A DNA stretch of 64,000 nt from an uncultured Methanoregulaceae archaeon (GCA_963705255.1 OY970061.1:2272001-2336000); one strand, 5' to 3'. Numbered from the stretch's first letter, positions 52,609-64,000 are shown. Notes: generated from the sequence alone by a model not told the origin. A program made the numbers and translations.

Positions 52609-54133
52609 ATGAAACTGGTTGCAAAAATTCTCGACATCGCGACGCGGGGTGTGTTGTTCAACACGCTCGACGCCCGCAGTATGGGCGTTCTCAACGGCGA
52701 TCGTGTCCAGGTGATAAACCCGAAGAATGGCGTTTCAGTCGCCGCATTTGTAGAGACGACATCCACCATTATTCAACAGGGAACAATCGGCATATACCGT
52801 ATAACGAACGAACGCATGCATATCGAAGAAGGCGCGGAAATAGAAGTCCGGGAAGCCGGCCGGCCCCTGTCACTCGATTATATCAAAAAGAAGATGGATG
52901 GTGGCAGGCTTACCAAGGAGGAGACCCTGACAATCATCAAAGATGTGGTGAGGGATGACCTCTCTTCGGCAGAACTCACGGCATTCATCACAGCATCCTA
53001 TGTAAACTCCCTTGATATGGATGAGGTGGAACACCTCACGAGAGCCATGGTAGAAACCGGTGAACAGATCAAGTTTGCATCACGCCCCATCGTCGATAAA
53101 CACTCCGTCGGCGGAGTCCCCGGCAACAAAATCTCATTGCTTGTTGTCCCGATAATTGCCGCAAGCGGACTGAAGATCCCGAAAACGAGTTCGCGTGCAA
53201 TAACCGGTGCCGGTGGAACGGCGGATCTTATGGAAGTTCTGGCGTTTGTCGAATTCTCATCCAGTGAAGTGCAACAGATGACCGAAAAAGTCGGTGGTTG
53301 TATCGTATGGGGCGGTGCCACCAATATTGCTCCTGCCGATGACCGGATCATCATCCAGGAATATCCCTTCAAGATCGATGCCCGTGGCCAGATGCTTGCA
53401 AGTGTGATGGCAAAAAAGTTTGCCGTTGGTGCAAACCTTGTGGTGATCGATATACCGGTCGGGCACCTGACCAAAGTTGCGACTATGCAGGAAGGAAGAA
53501 AACTAGCGCGGGAATTCATTGAGCTCGGGGAACGGCTCAACATGAAAGTCGAATGCGCCCTGACGTACGGGGACATCCCCGTAGGTCACAGCATCGGCCC
53601 GAAACTGGAAGTGATCGAAGCCCTGAGGGTGCTTGAGGGTGCGACCGAGCCCAATTCTTTCCTCCAGAAAAGCGTTTCAATCGCCGGTATTGCACTTGAG
53701 ATGTCCGGCAAAGCACAACGGGGCTCAGGGTGCGGCAATAGCACAGGACATTCTCACCAAAGGCAAAGCACTTGAAAAATTCCGGAAAATGATCGAGATC
53801 CAGGGGGGCGATCCCAACGTAAAATCGTCCGATATTGTTCCGGGTGAGCACCAGTTTATTGTGAAGTCTCCCGCATCCGGATATATTATCGATATGAACA
53901 ACCGGTCGCTTATCAGTCTTGCCCGCACGGCGGGCGCTCCCCACGACACGGGTGCAGGGATCCTCCTGCATGCAAAGAAGGGAAAACTGGTGAAGGAAGG
54001 GGAACCGCTCTTCACGATTTATGCTGACAGGAGCTGGCGTCTCCAGAATGCGATTGAGGAAGGGCGTCGTCTTATGCCGGTATTTGTAGAGGGAATGCTT
54101 CTGGACCGGGTCCCTTCGATATCGGAGATTTGA
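52609..54133 (+). CDS. AMP phosphorylase (thymidine phosphorylase family; frameshift ~53725)
   Basis: [32 protein letters not shown], then IEIQGG...AGAP..GAGI in the second frame. Confidence 0.92.
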
Positions 54134-54137
54134 ACCG

Positions 54138-55566
54138 ATGTCCTCAAATATGAGCAGTGGGCGATATTTTAGTATGTATAGGTATAAATATCGTTTGCTT
54201 TTTGCTTTGCTGTGCATTATCCTGCTCTTCAGCGCTGTACAGGCAAACACCCTGCAGGTAACCGTGCAGGATCGTTTCGATAATTCTACCATCCCTCATG
54301 CTTCGCTCTTCCTTAACGGAGTAAATTACGCCCTGACTGACAACAACGGCCAGGCCCTGATAACCGACAATGGTCTGAACAACCTCGACATCCGCGTCTC
54401 CATTGCCGGGTATAATACCTGGGAAACGATGGTGGATCCAAACACGACGAATCTCATTGTCAGCCTGACCCGGCAGGGTCTTACCCTCAAGGTTGACCTC
54501 ATCGACTCTGATACACTCGCGCCGGTCTATGGAGCGAACGTCACGGTCTCAGGGACAAATCTGACACAGAAAGAACAGACGGATGTCTCGGGTTCTGCAA
54601 GCTTCGGCGTTACGGCCGAAACGTTGTATTCAATCGATATCACAGCGGCAAATTATCAGCCGCGGAGCACCACGCTTGCCATGGGCACCGATGATCAAGA
54701 GGTCCAGTATTATCTGTTGTCCAGTAACCGCTTCTCATTTGTTGTGATCGACAAGGATACCAGTTTACCTGTTGTCGGCGCGGAAGTCCTGCTCAATTCA
54801 GTTCCTGTCGGGATGACCAATACAAAGGGAACGCTCATAACACAGGTCACCCGCGGGAAATCCTATGTCATTGAAATAACGGCTCCGGAATACCAGACAT
54901 TTTCCGAAACGCGGACAATCAGTGAGACAGATGCACTGGATTCCGTGGTATCTCTCGAAGGTCCCTGTCGGCGCATTTATCTACGCAGTTGATGAAAGTC
55001 AGGCCCCTGTTGCAGGGGCGAACGTCTACGTCAACGGAACCCTTTCAGGCACCACGAACCAGTACGGACGGGTAAGTTTACCGGACCTCGTTTCCGGCTC
55101 CTATCTTATCGAAATCGGAAAACCCGGATATGTTACCGTGAGCCAACCGATATCAGTCTCGAACCAGAGCGAGGATTATCCTTTTACCCTGCAGCCTGAA
55201 AATGCAGCTCTTACTGTCCTGGTCCTGGACAAAGACCAGCAGATCGTCCCCAATGCCACCATCGCCATAGATGGCAGCATCGTCGGGGCTACCGATGTTC
55301 ACGGCCAGTACGCTACTCAGGTCGAATTCAATACATCCTATAATATCACTGCGTCCAAGGACGGGTATCGGCCATCATCCGTCCAGGAACAGGTAAGCCC
55401 GGTGAATTCATCTGCTTCCGTCACCCTGACCCTGGAGAAAAGTATGGATTTTGGGCTTATTACCCTGATTGTCGTCGGCGTCATTTGTATCTTGGTCCTG
55501 TTCGCCGCCATCAGGATGTTCGGTCACCGGAAACGCCGCCATGTGGTGAGAAGGAACGAAATTTGA
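54138..55566 (+). CDS. Surface protein with repeated carboxypeptidase-regulatory/PEGA-like beta domains (frameshift ~54955)
   Basis: Signal peptide; ~5 repeats of V.D.....V.GA.V..NG...G.T...G; C-terminal TM and basic tail. Confidence 0.8.
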
Positions 55567-55742
55567 CCTCTCATCACAGGAAACCTGTCATTTTTCGATC
55601 CGGGTGAAATACAACCCTCATAATTTTTTTAAAATAATATCATCGGACGTGAGCGAAAGTTCTGACGGATCTATAGAAATCATTGGCTTTTATTATAGAC
55701 GCTCTTGGGGGAGACTGCTGTTCCCGAAGGGAAGAGCAGGCT

Positions 55743-55850
55743 GGAGAAGAACTCGTCAGAGTTCTTCGATTTTCGAGGAGGTTCATCAGAACCTTGAGGA
55801 TAAGAAGAAGTCGTCAGAGTTCTTCGACTTGGGAGAGGGGGTCACTCTCA
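55743..55850. repeat. Double-hairpin (REP-like) element, ~2 units, opposite orientation
   Basis: GAAGAACTC[GTCA]GAGTTCTTC, AGGTTC[ATCA]GAACCT, GAAGAAGTC[GTCA]GAGTTCTTC; loops read TGAC/TGAT on the minus strand. Confidence 0.8.
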
Positions 55851-55937
55851 TAACCGTTGAAAAATGTAAGCGAATCACACGATATAATAGGATTTCTAGA
55901 GAAGCCGTTCTGACAATCATTCCTGTTTTGGTAAAAA

Positions 55938-56009
55938 CGGACCCAGCGGGAATCGAACCCGCGTCCTTGGGTTCGAAGCCCAAGAGGATATCCTCTACCC
56001 CATGGATCC
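55938..56009 (-). tRNA. tRNA-Arg(TCG)
   Basis: Reverse complement GGATCCATGGGGTAGAGGATATCCTC TTGGG CTTCGAA CCCAA GGACGCGGGTTCGATTCCCGCTGGGTCCG. Confidence 0.92.
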
Positions 56010-56065
56010 TTCTCATCTTCTTTACATCAAAAGATATTAAGTATTTTCTCCCGAAAAACTAAGCA

Positions 56066-56504
56066 ATGATTCTTTCTGCATCTGAGTTTGTCCGCCGCCG
56101 CGATCTGGATTCTATGGCAGGAAAACTTGTGATCAACCCCTATAATGGCGATTGCCAGCAACCTGCCTCCTACGATCTTCGTTCTGCGTCAGATATGACT
56201 CTCCCCCGGGGAACCTGTACTCTTCTGCCGACCCTCGAGTGGATTCGAGCTCCCTGCCGACCTTGCAGGAACACTCCGGTGTAGATCATCGTTCGGGCGG
56301 CGCGGGATCCTGCTGGGCGCCGGATACATCGACCCGGGATTCCGCGGGCAGCTGACCTTATGCCTTTCCAATCTGGGATGCGCTGATATTATTGTCCAGA
56401 AAAACGACCGTATAGTACAGATTATCCTCCATGAAGTCCGTGAGGGGAATGAGAGATATTCGGGGCGGTACCAGGACAACCTTGGCATCGTAGAGGCGAA
56501 GTAA
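56066..56504 (+). CDS. dcd: dCTP deaminase / dUTPase family (frameshift ~56245)
   Basis: MILS...QPASYDLR, then second frame CRSSFGRRG...GYIDPGFRGQLTL...RIVQI...YSGRYQ. Confidence 0.85.
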
Positions 56505-56505
56505 T

Positions 56506-57456
56506 ATGATTCGTACAGAAAGAAAATATATTGAAATTTTACGGATTCTTAAAGAGCACAAGGATCCGATGGGAGCAAAACGCCTTTCTGAGCTTATGAC
56601 TGAAAGGGGATTTATCCTGAGTGACCGCGCAGTCCAGTATTACCTCAGTTACCTTGATACCATGGGCTTCACCGAAAAAGTCGGGAACCAGGGAAGGATA
56701 CTGACTGCCGCGGGAATGAAAGAGACCGATAATGCTCTTGTGGATGACCGGATTGGCTTTGTTATTTCAAAACTTGAACGACTAGCCTATCGCAGCACAT
56801 TCGATCCTGCAACCAGCACCGGAGACGTGGCATACAACCTATCCATTGTACCGGAGGAATTCGCTGAAAAGGTGAAGTCCGCTTTTGATGAAGTTGTCAG
56901 GGCAGGATGCGGTTTTTTTAATTCTTACCGTATCATAGACCATGATCCCCGGGTCCCCTCAGGCTCGGTCGGGTTCATTACCCTGTGCAGCATCTCAATG
57001 GATGGTGTATTCCAGCGAAAAGGCATCCCTGTCAGGATGGCGTTTGGCGGAAGACTTGAGATTGAAAACGGCGTCCCCCGGCAATTCAGGGATCTCATCG
57101 CCTACCGCGGGACAACCATCGATCCCCTCGAACTATTCATTTCGGCCGGTCTCACCTCCATATCCGGTTTTGCCCGGTCAAAAACTGGTATTGCTCTTGC
57201 AAACGTCAGACAGGTACCGTGTGCTGCCAAAAAGCACGTGGAGGAGACAATCCGTATGATGAACGCCTGCGGATTTGTTTTTCCGGTGACCCTGGGAAAC
57301 CAGGTTTTTAACCTGCCCAGCAGCCCTTACCGTCTCTCCATTGTTGCCTTCAGCGGAATGAATTACATCGGGAATACTGTCGAACATGGCATTCCGATAA
57401 AAACGGAGATCGGGGCTGGCAATATTCCCTTCTCAAAGGTGATAGGACCGAACTGA
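56506..57456 (+). CDS. NrpR-domain (DUF128) transcriptional regulator
   Basis: N-terminal wHTH (IEILRIL...GAKRLS...DRAVQYYL..LD..G), TLCSISMDG, YRGTTIDPLELF; single NRD domain. Confidence 0.88.
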   Translation: MIRTERKYIEILRILKEHKDPMGAKRLSELMTERGFILSDRAVQYYLSYLDTMGFTEKVGNQGRILTAAGMKETDNALVDDRIGFVISKLERLAYRSTFDPATSTGDVAYNLSIVPEEFAEKVKSAFDEVVRAGCGFFNSYRIIDHDPRVPSGSVGFITLCSISMDGVFQRKGIPVRMAFGGRLEIENGVPRQFRDLIAYRGTTIDPLELFISAGLTSISGFARSKTGIALANVRQVPCAAKKHVEETIRMMNACGFVFPVTLGNQVFNLPSSPYRLSIVAFSGMNYIGNTVEHGIPIKTEIGAGNIPFSKVIGPN

Positions 57457-57475
57457 TCAGATCCAGGAAATATCA

Positions 57476-59790
57476 TCATGTTTTAATGTTTTTCCCCTCT
57501 TTTTTCTGGGGTTCTGACACTGCTTCGCCTTCAGCAGTCCGGACCGTGTCCGCGTCAGGACTCTTCGCACTCCTGTCCGGTCTTTTCTGTTTCAGGCTCG
57601 TGTGCATAAGCGAAGTATCCCTTACCTTTGGAATGGCACTTCCCTGGATTTTTTTCCCGTCGAAAATTTCATCTTTTACCCTGAAGCCCGGCTCCTTCAG
57701 ATCGACTGTCATTTTATCCGGCGCCTCCTCCGGCACAGAGTTACCAGATACCCTTTCTGGTATACGTTCATCCGTAGCTGCACTTTCATGTACCGGGGTA
57801 TCCGGGACAAGATTTTCCTGCGAATGCAACACGGGTTTTCTCTTTTGCAGAATAATCGTCTTTTTTTCCATCTCGGACGACCGCAGTTTTTCGGATGAGA
57901 CGGTTGCGTTCAGAATCTCCTGCGTCAATCCGGAAGTTCCCGGAGTGGTTCGGTCAGGTTCTGAATTGGCATTATCAGGTTTTGCTGCTTTGCCTGAGAT
58001 TGCAATCATCCGCTGCCGCTGTAACTCCTGTTCGATTCTGTGCCGTGCGATATCTTTCGTCCGTGCAGCTGAATCAGACACCGGCCGGGCCTCACGTCCC
58101 TCATCTGGGCCATAGGAGATTATTTTTCCGGTCTCTTTTTTCGGGAGATGCGAACTCATTGAGGAGGACTCTCGTATCCGCTGGTCACGTGGGTCATTTC
58201 CAGGTGTATTATCTTTTCCCAGAGTAACAATGACCCGGCGCTTTATTACTTGGGGACGGTCATCCGTCACGTGATATATTTTCTCACCTGCTACTTTTTG
58301 TGATAAAAGCTCTTCTTTCCTCTGGCTTGTCCCCGATATTGGACGCTGGCTGCCTTGTGGCAGAGAAGAATCCGTTTCAGGTACGCGCCCCCGAAGCCCT
58401 CTATATTCGCCGGTCTCCCGGCCGTGTCCCGGATTTCCGGCATCATCAGGAGAATCGTAACCGTATCGTTCCTGCTTCATTTTCGTGGGAAGGATGATCA
58501 TCTCGTCTTTGCCGTTTCCCGCACTACGAATCGAGGGAGATATTTTACCACGGCCTGTTTTCGGATCTGCGTCCTGTCCCGGTGCTCCTTTCCCTGCAGG
58601 CGCCGACCGGATATCGCCATGCCGGGATCTGGTACTGTATTGTGCCCGGATTTCCCGGAGCTCGCTGATACGGGGGATATTTTCAAGTCCGGACAGCATG
58701 ATGATGATGGCAACATTCTTGGTATTCATCACCGGATAATCCCCGGACGGGTCTCAAGTCCCCTGATGCTCCGGTCTATCCATTTCCTCACCGTCATATA
58801 TCCTTTCATGGAGAGCTCATGTGAAGGGCCCGCTACAAGGATAAGCGCCTTATGGGCGCTCGTCATGTCACATGGTGTTGATATCTCGTGATAAATTGCC
58901 TGTTTTGCGAGCTCAACAATACGCGAGGCCTTCTTTTTGCTCTCTTCATTGAATATTCCCGCCGGTTTCCACTGGGTAAGGAAACCCAGCGGATTGGGAG
59001 AGAGACGTTCAACAGCATATCCAATTGTGATGAACCCCATCCCTTTGATGGTGTTGAGTACCTCACCGGAATCCAGGACTACCTCTGCCAGATCAATCCC
59101 GCCATCGGCCCTGAACTCTCCTGCACGGAGGATCAGACTTATTCTCCTGACTATCGTTTCATTGAGGAGGAGGTAGGTAGCAAGTTCCGATGAGATTTCC
59201 GGCTCTGCCTTCCCGAACCCGAATCTCCTTGCAATTCCAGCCTCTTTCTTTCGAAGGTGAGTGCTCCGTGCTTTGATTTTTTTATACCATGTCTCATTAT
59301 CAAAGAGGATCATGCCGTCAAGGAGTGGTGAAAGGATATCAATATCATCTGATGCTTTTGCAGATCGCTTCTCCCCTTCGGCAAGGCAGGGCAGGGTGAC
59401 CAGTCCGAAAATGGGTTCCACGATCGATGCCCGCAGGCTGGTAATGACATGCGGAACAATGTCTGCCATGCTCCCGCCAAGCCCGCAGCAGATAAAAATC
59501 GCGTCAGTTTCCCCGGATTCAAAATTATGGATCCTTGAAACAATCTCTCCGATATCGATGGTGGCGGTCGGACCTGCCCCTCCTGAAGTTTCATGGCGGT
59601 CCGGATCGAGCGAAGGGAAGAATATCTTTGAAGGTTCCGGAAGACCTTCGAGCTGTTTTAACGTGGTTTCGTCAACGTCTACAGCAAGGCCCTGGATACA
59701 TGCCACTTTACTGCTGTGCCGGTCAGTCGTGTAGAGACTATCGACTATCCTGCATCCCGCCCCGCCAAATCCGATTGCCACTATCCGCAT
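57476..59790 (-). CDS. Divergent CetZ/FtsZ-tubulin family protein with a long disordered C-terminal tail (frameshift ~58748 joins two ORFs)
   Basis: GFGGAGCRIVD, LVTLP, ILFDNETW, VVLDSGEVLNT, ALILVAGP; adding one base gives ETRSGDYPVMNTKNVAIIIMLSGL, a typical CetZ C-domain end. Confidence 0.8.
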
Positions 59791-60131
59791 AGAATTGACC
59801 TATAAAACCGATCGACCCCGGGGTCTACGTATTCATTCTATATATTTTCCAACCGGAGTTCAATATCTTATAGGATAATTGTTCCGGCAGAAAAAAGGTT
59901 TTCCTGCAGAACGGCGCTCATGTGTTCAGATCCGGTCGTGAGGAAACCTCAAACGATGCCTGAATGGTGAGATCATCCTGCGTTCAACCCGGCTGTGAAG
60001 GGGATTCCGGAGGATATTTCGGAACTGGGGCAGAATTGGCTGATTTGTGAACGGATCATCAAAAAGTGCCAACGTAAAATGATAATTTATTTAAATACGT
60101 GCACGGTAATACTCAATGAGGTGAACAAGCC

Positions 60132-61121
60132 TTGACATATGGAATAGAATTCGTACCAGGAAATGTCAATGTAAAGCAAGTTGTCAACTTCTGTAAACTT
60201 GCAGAATCCAAAGACATAGATTTCGCATGGATCACAAACCACTACAACAACCGCCACTGCTACCCCACCCTCGCCGCCATCGCGCAGGCGACCACGACCC
60301 TGAAGATGGGCCCGGGTATTATGAACTCATTCACGGACACCCCTGCCGCAATGGCATCGTTCTTCTGTACGCTGAACGAGATCTCCGACGGACGCGCAGT
60401 CCTCGGTATCGGGCCCGGCGACCTCTCCACCCTCCCAAAACTCGCGATAAAGGCTGAAAAGCCGGTCGCCCGTCTGGAAGAAGCGATAACACAGATCAGA
60501 GCTCTCTGCGCTGGTGACCAAGTGAACAAGTCAGGGAAGGTATTCTTTGACTATGATGGTGCCAAGCTGACCGGTGTCAACCTTCCGGACAAGAAGAAGG
60601 GAGTCCCAATCTATGTCGGTGCACAGGGACCCAAGGTTCTCGAGCTCGCCGGAAAAGTCGGAGACGGTGCGCTGATCAACGCATCCAACCCCAAGGACTT
60701 CGCAATCGCGATCCCGATCATCAAGGCAACCTGCGACAAAGTCGGCAAGAAGAACTTTGATATCGGTGCATACACTGCAATGTCCATTGACCGCAGCGAG
60801 AAGAAGGCACGCAACTCCGCAAAGATCGTTGCAGCCTTTATCGCCGCCGGCTCCCCGCCCGACCTTCTGACCCGCCACGGTCTTGACCTCAACAACGTTG
60901 CCAAGATCAAGGCAGCACTCGCAAAGTTCGACTTTAAGACGGTCGGAGAACTCGTCGGAGACAAGGAGATTGACGCATTTACCATTGCAGGTACCCCTGA
61001 AATGGTAAAGGCAAAGTGCGATGCCCTCACCAAGGCCGGTGTGACCCAGATCATCTTCGGTTCACCGCTTGGTCCGGACATGACCACCTCTATTCGCCTT
61101 CTCGGCAAATACGTCGTATAA
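60132..61121 (+). CDS. mer: F420-dependent methylene-H4MPT reductase
   Basis: YGIEFVP, WITNHYNNR, GRAVLGIGPGD, GAQGPK, LINASNPKD, GSPLGP; TTG start with GAGGTG SD. Confidence 0.96.
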   Translation: MTYGIEFVPGNVNVKQVVNFCKLAESKDIDFAWITNHYNNRHCYPTLAAIAQATTTLKMGPGIMNSFTDTPAAMASFFCTLNEISDGRAVLGIGPGDLSTLPKLAIKAEKPVARLEEAITQIRALCAGDQVNKSGKVFFDYDGAKLTGVNLPDKKKGVPIYVGAQGPKVLELAGKVGDGALINASNPKDFAIAIPIIKATCDKVGKKNFDIGAYTAMSIDRSEKKARNSAKIVAAFIAAGSPPDLLTRHGLDLNNVAKIKAALAKFDFKTVGELVGDKEIDAFTIAGTPEMVKAKCDALTKAGVTQIIFGSPLGPDMTTSIRLLGKYVV

Positions 61122-61284
61122 GTGCGGAACTCGGTTTCTGCCGGCTACGACGAACAAGGCAATGGTGCCTTGGAAAAACCTTTTTTCTTTGGTGTGTCCC
61201 CCTCCAAACGGGAACGTCTGCCCTCAATAGCCTGTTCATTCATGTGCAAATGACTATCTGTTCCTGTCGGAAATATAACCATGA

Positions 61285-62220
61285 ATGGGAATGTTTTCAG
61301 TCAGAGAAGTGATCACCCCTTCAGGGACGTTACAATACCGTGAAGAGCAATTTACCGGGCTGAGATGCAGGATCAGTCCTGATCGCTCGAAGCGACATAT
61401 CGATCAGGCATCGTATAATCCCCCGGACCCGGGGGACTGCCCTTTTTGCCGGGAGAATGTTTTTTCTGTCACACCGACATTCCCGGACGGTTCACGGATA
61501 ACCTGCGGAGAAAGCGTGACATTTCCCAACCTCTTTCCTTTTGGGGAAGGACATGTTGTTACCGTGATTACCCGGGATCACTGGGTGACATCGTTCACCA
61601 GACACCAGATTATCGATGCACTCTCAGGGCAGATCGAAGCTCTTCGCCGTTACAAGGGCTATGCCAGCATCAACTGGAATTTTCTCCCGTCAGCAGGGGC
61701 AAGCCTGGTGCATCCTCATATGCAGGGGCTTTGTGATTCAACGCCATCCAGGATTGTCGAACGGTATCTGGCCGCCGGCAGGCAATACCGGCACCAGTAT
61801 GGCAGGGCCTACTGGGAAGCCGTAAGGGATGCGGAGAAGGCATCTGACCGCTATTTATTCGGGGAGGAGATCGTCTGGTCAGCCCACGCTGTCCCCCAGG
61901 GAGAACGCGAAGTGCGGGGGATCCTGCCGGTCTCGTCGCTCGGCGAAGTTGATCCGTACGTGGACCTTCTGGCCGGTGGGATCCTCGAAATTCTTTCCCT
62001 GTACAGGAAGTTCGGGACCTGCGCATTCAACCTGTCTCTTTTTTTCAACAAGGACGGAGAGGACGGCGATCTCTCTGCATTCTGTTCTCTTATCTCCCGG
62101 ATCAACCCGAATCCGTTGGCGACAAGCGACTCCGCGTTCATGGAGCGGCTGCACCTTGAGCCGATCATCATGACACTCCCTGAAGACCTGGGAAATTTCT
62201 ACAGAAACACAAAAAAATAA
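61285..62220 (+). CDS. GalT-like (HIT-family) nucleotidyltransferase
   Basis: CPFC, FPNLFPF, NWNF...AGASLVHPHMQ. Confidence 0.85.
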   Translation: MGMFSVREVITPSGTLQYREEQFTGLRCRISPDRSKRHIDQASYNPPDPGDCPFCRENVFSVTPTFPDGSRITCGESVTFPNLFPFGEGHVVTVITRDHWVTSFTRHQIIDALSGQIEALRRYKGYASINWNFLPSAGASLVHPHMQGLCDSTPSRIVERYLAAGRQYRHQYGRAYWEAVRDAEKASDRYLFGEEIVWSAHAVPQGEREVRGILPVSSLGEVDPYVDLLAGGILEILSLYRKFGTCAFNLSLFFNKDGEDGDLSAFCSLISRINPNPLATSDSAFMERLHLEPIIMTLPEDLGNFYRNTKK

Positions 62221-62226
62221 AAAAAT

Positions 62227-63066
62227 TTACTCGAATTTTGCAACGAGTTTCTTCTTGTTGACGATAATACCATCTTTCTTGTGGGGCTGGCGGAAGACGC
62301 TGTCTCCTGCCTTCTCGAGCTCCCGGGCCTGGTCGCAGAGTTGTGCCGCGACCTTCATCATCTCGTGAGCGCTTGCAACGATCGGGATGTATTTCTCCCA
62401 TTCCTTGGTCATGAAGCAACCCTTGACGTTCTGGCCTGCAACAGCCATTGCAATTTCGTGGGCAGCGCGTGCCTTTGCAAGCGCGTAGGGGTTGGTGAAC
62501 TCGCCATCGACAGCCTTGTCAGTGGTCATGATGACCTTCGGCAGCTCAATTGCGTCGCCTTTCTTTCCGGCCTTGACCTGGTCGATGACCTTGTCGAGGG
62601 CAAGCTGCATCTTGCGGAATGCACCGGTAAGTGCCAGCACTTTGACGAGGTTGCCGTTGTAGTCGGCCATCTCGACGGGGTCGAGGAACTCGCGGCGTGC
62701 ACCGATCATGGAGTCTGCCTTCATGATGATGTACCCGAACTTGCTCGCCTTGACACCTTCCCACTCCTTCTTCGTGGTTACATCATCAGTGATGATGACA
62801 ACCGGGATGCCTGCTGCAGCGAGCTGTTCGCGGGCACCGGTCGGTCCTGGAAGAACCCCGTTGGGTGAGACTACAATACAGAAGTCCGGTTTATATGCCT
62901 TCAGGTTGGAGACCACGCGGTCAACATCCGCCGGCTCGAGTTTAGTCCCGCTGGTCGCCATGAATGTCTGCATATCTTCACGGTCTGCTCTCTCATCGAG
63001 GAGCAGCTCTGCCATCACACCACTTGCAATGTTGCCTAATTTGGCAACGCCTACTTTAACAACCAT
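62227..63066 (-). CDS. mtd: F420-dependent methylene-H4MPT dehydrogenase
   Basis: [49 protein letters not shown]. Confidence 0.97.
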   Translation of the reverse strand: MVVKVGVAKLGNIASGVMAELLLDERADREDMQTFMATSGTKLEPADVDRVVSNLKAYKPDFCIVVSPNGVLPGPTGAREQLAAAGIPVVIITDDVTTKKEWEGVKASKFGYIIMKADSMIGARREFLDPVEMADYNGNLVKVLALTGAFRKMQLALDKVIDQVKAGKKGDAIELPKVIMTTDKAVDGEFTNPYALAKARAAHEIAMAVAGQNVKGCFMTKEWEKYIPIVASAHEMMKVAAQLCDQARELEKAGDSVFRQPHKKDGIIVNKKKLVAKFE

Positions 63067-63267
63067 CTAATATCACCTCGATATTTTTTATAACACGTTA
63101 TATGACCCGGTATTCATATAAACATTTTGAAATGTCCCGTCTCCCAAAAAACGGGGAAAATCTATTTTTGATTTTATTAAAGACTTTCCCTGCGATTCTG
63201 GCAGTCAAAGGATCTGAATTGCGATGTTAACGAAAAGTGTTTAAGTTCAGATGGAAAAATTGATACT

Positions 63268-63672
63268 ATGAAGGAGGGGTTGCTCACCGATCGCCAGATG
63301 GAAGTTCTCAGGTATCGAAAGCAGGGTCTGACCCAGCAGCAGATAGCTGACATCATCTCCACATCAAAGGCGAATGTCTGCACTATCGAAAAGAGCGCCA
63401 TGGAGAACATCCGTCGGGCAAAAGAGACGCTCGAATTCCTCTACACCCTTGATGCGACACACCTCTGTACAATACCGTCAGGAACGGACCTTTTCAACGT
63501 TCCTGCAATCATATTCGGGGAAGCAGAGAAGATCAATATCAAGGTCAAATACGATACCATTTCCCTGATAAACCGGTTGAGGGAGTCGAGGTCCCAGGCA
63601 TGCAAGGCCCGTGTTGTGTGCGAGGATATCAGCGTATACATAACCGACCAGGGAGAACTGTATTTTGGGTAA
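63268..63672 (+). CDS. tfx: Tfx-family DNA-binding protein
   Basis: LTDRQMEVLRYRKQGLTQQQIADIISTSKANVCTIEKSAMENIRRAKETL. Confidence 0.92.
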   Translation: MKEGLLTDRQMEVLRYRKQGLTQQQIADIISTSKANVCTIEKSAMENIRRAKETLEFLYTLDATHLCTIPSGTDLFNVPAIIFGEAEKINIKVKYDTISLINRLRESRSQACKARVVCEDISVYITDQGELYFG

Positions 63673-63787
63673 AAGATACAGCGACCTTCCGGATTTGATG
63701 AGGAACCTCAGAACCTCTCCCCAAAACTGGCATATATTTATATTCTTTTCTCTGCAATAATTATGGAAGCCGATATGAGGTTATCCT

Positions 63788-63998
63788 TTGCGGAGTCCGC
63801 GTGCCTGACGTACGGTGCATGCCGGATTTTGCATACGGCGGGACCTAGCCTCCGGACACAGGAGCGGTTCTGCCGTGGGTATACCTCGATTGGTGGAGAC
63901 CCTCCCGGGCGGGAGGGTACCCGAGAAGGAGTTGTGATTTATCACAACAGGCTGACAGAGTGGGTCTGATCAGGCGCATGGGCGGACGTTCGTGCAAC
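63788..63998 (+). ncRNA. Candidate structured RNA (leader or stand-alone), unassigned
   Basis: Closing stem GTCCGC/GCGGAC plus GTGCCTGA/TCAGGCGC encloses three internal stems; TATA-like TATATTTATAT at ~63733. Confidence 0.5.
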
Positions 63999-64000
63999 GA

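Overview
This is core chromosome of a hydrogenotrophic methanogenic archaeon, most likely Methanomicrobiales (Methanoregula-like; inferred from gene content). It carries frhADGB, mer, mtd, tfx, mptA, ilvC, aIF-2beta, rpoL, map, mdh, EF-1beta, nadX/nadC, iorAB, Cbf5/Nop5/fibrillarin, thyA, a PGF-CTERM S-layer protein, AMP phosphorylase, dcd, an NrpR-domain regulator, six tRNAs and the SRP RNA. The first ~14 kb is an accessory stress/signalling region. About 15 genes and 2 tRNAs carry single-base indels that are most probably sequencing-consensus errors; several fall exactly at AGCT/GTAC, suggesting a DNA-methylation error footprint. No transposase, integrase or CRISPR array was seen. The most interesting unexplained signals are non-coding: (1) a dispersed REP/BIME-like double-hairpin family with TGAN loops and covarying stems at four loci, two of which bracket a low-GC glycosyltransferase gene; (2) a ~210-nt multi-stem candidate structured RNA at the right end; (3) a duplicated G-string/C-string module beside an orphan DNA methyltransferase; (4) a colinear ~195-bp degenerate direct repeat. 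A CetZ/tubulin-family protein with a degenerate GTP-binding signature and a ~380-aa disordered tail also stands out. All calls were made by eye from motifs; no searches were run.
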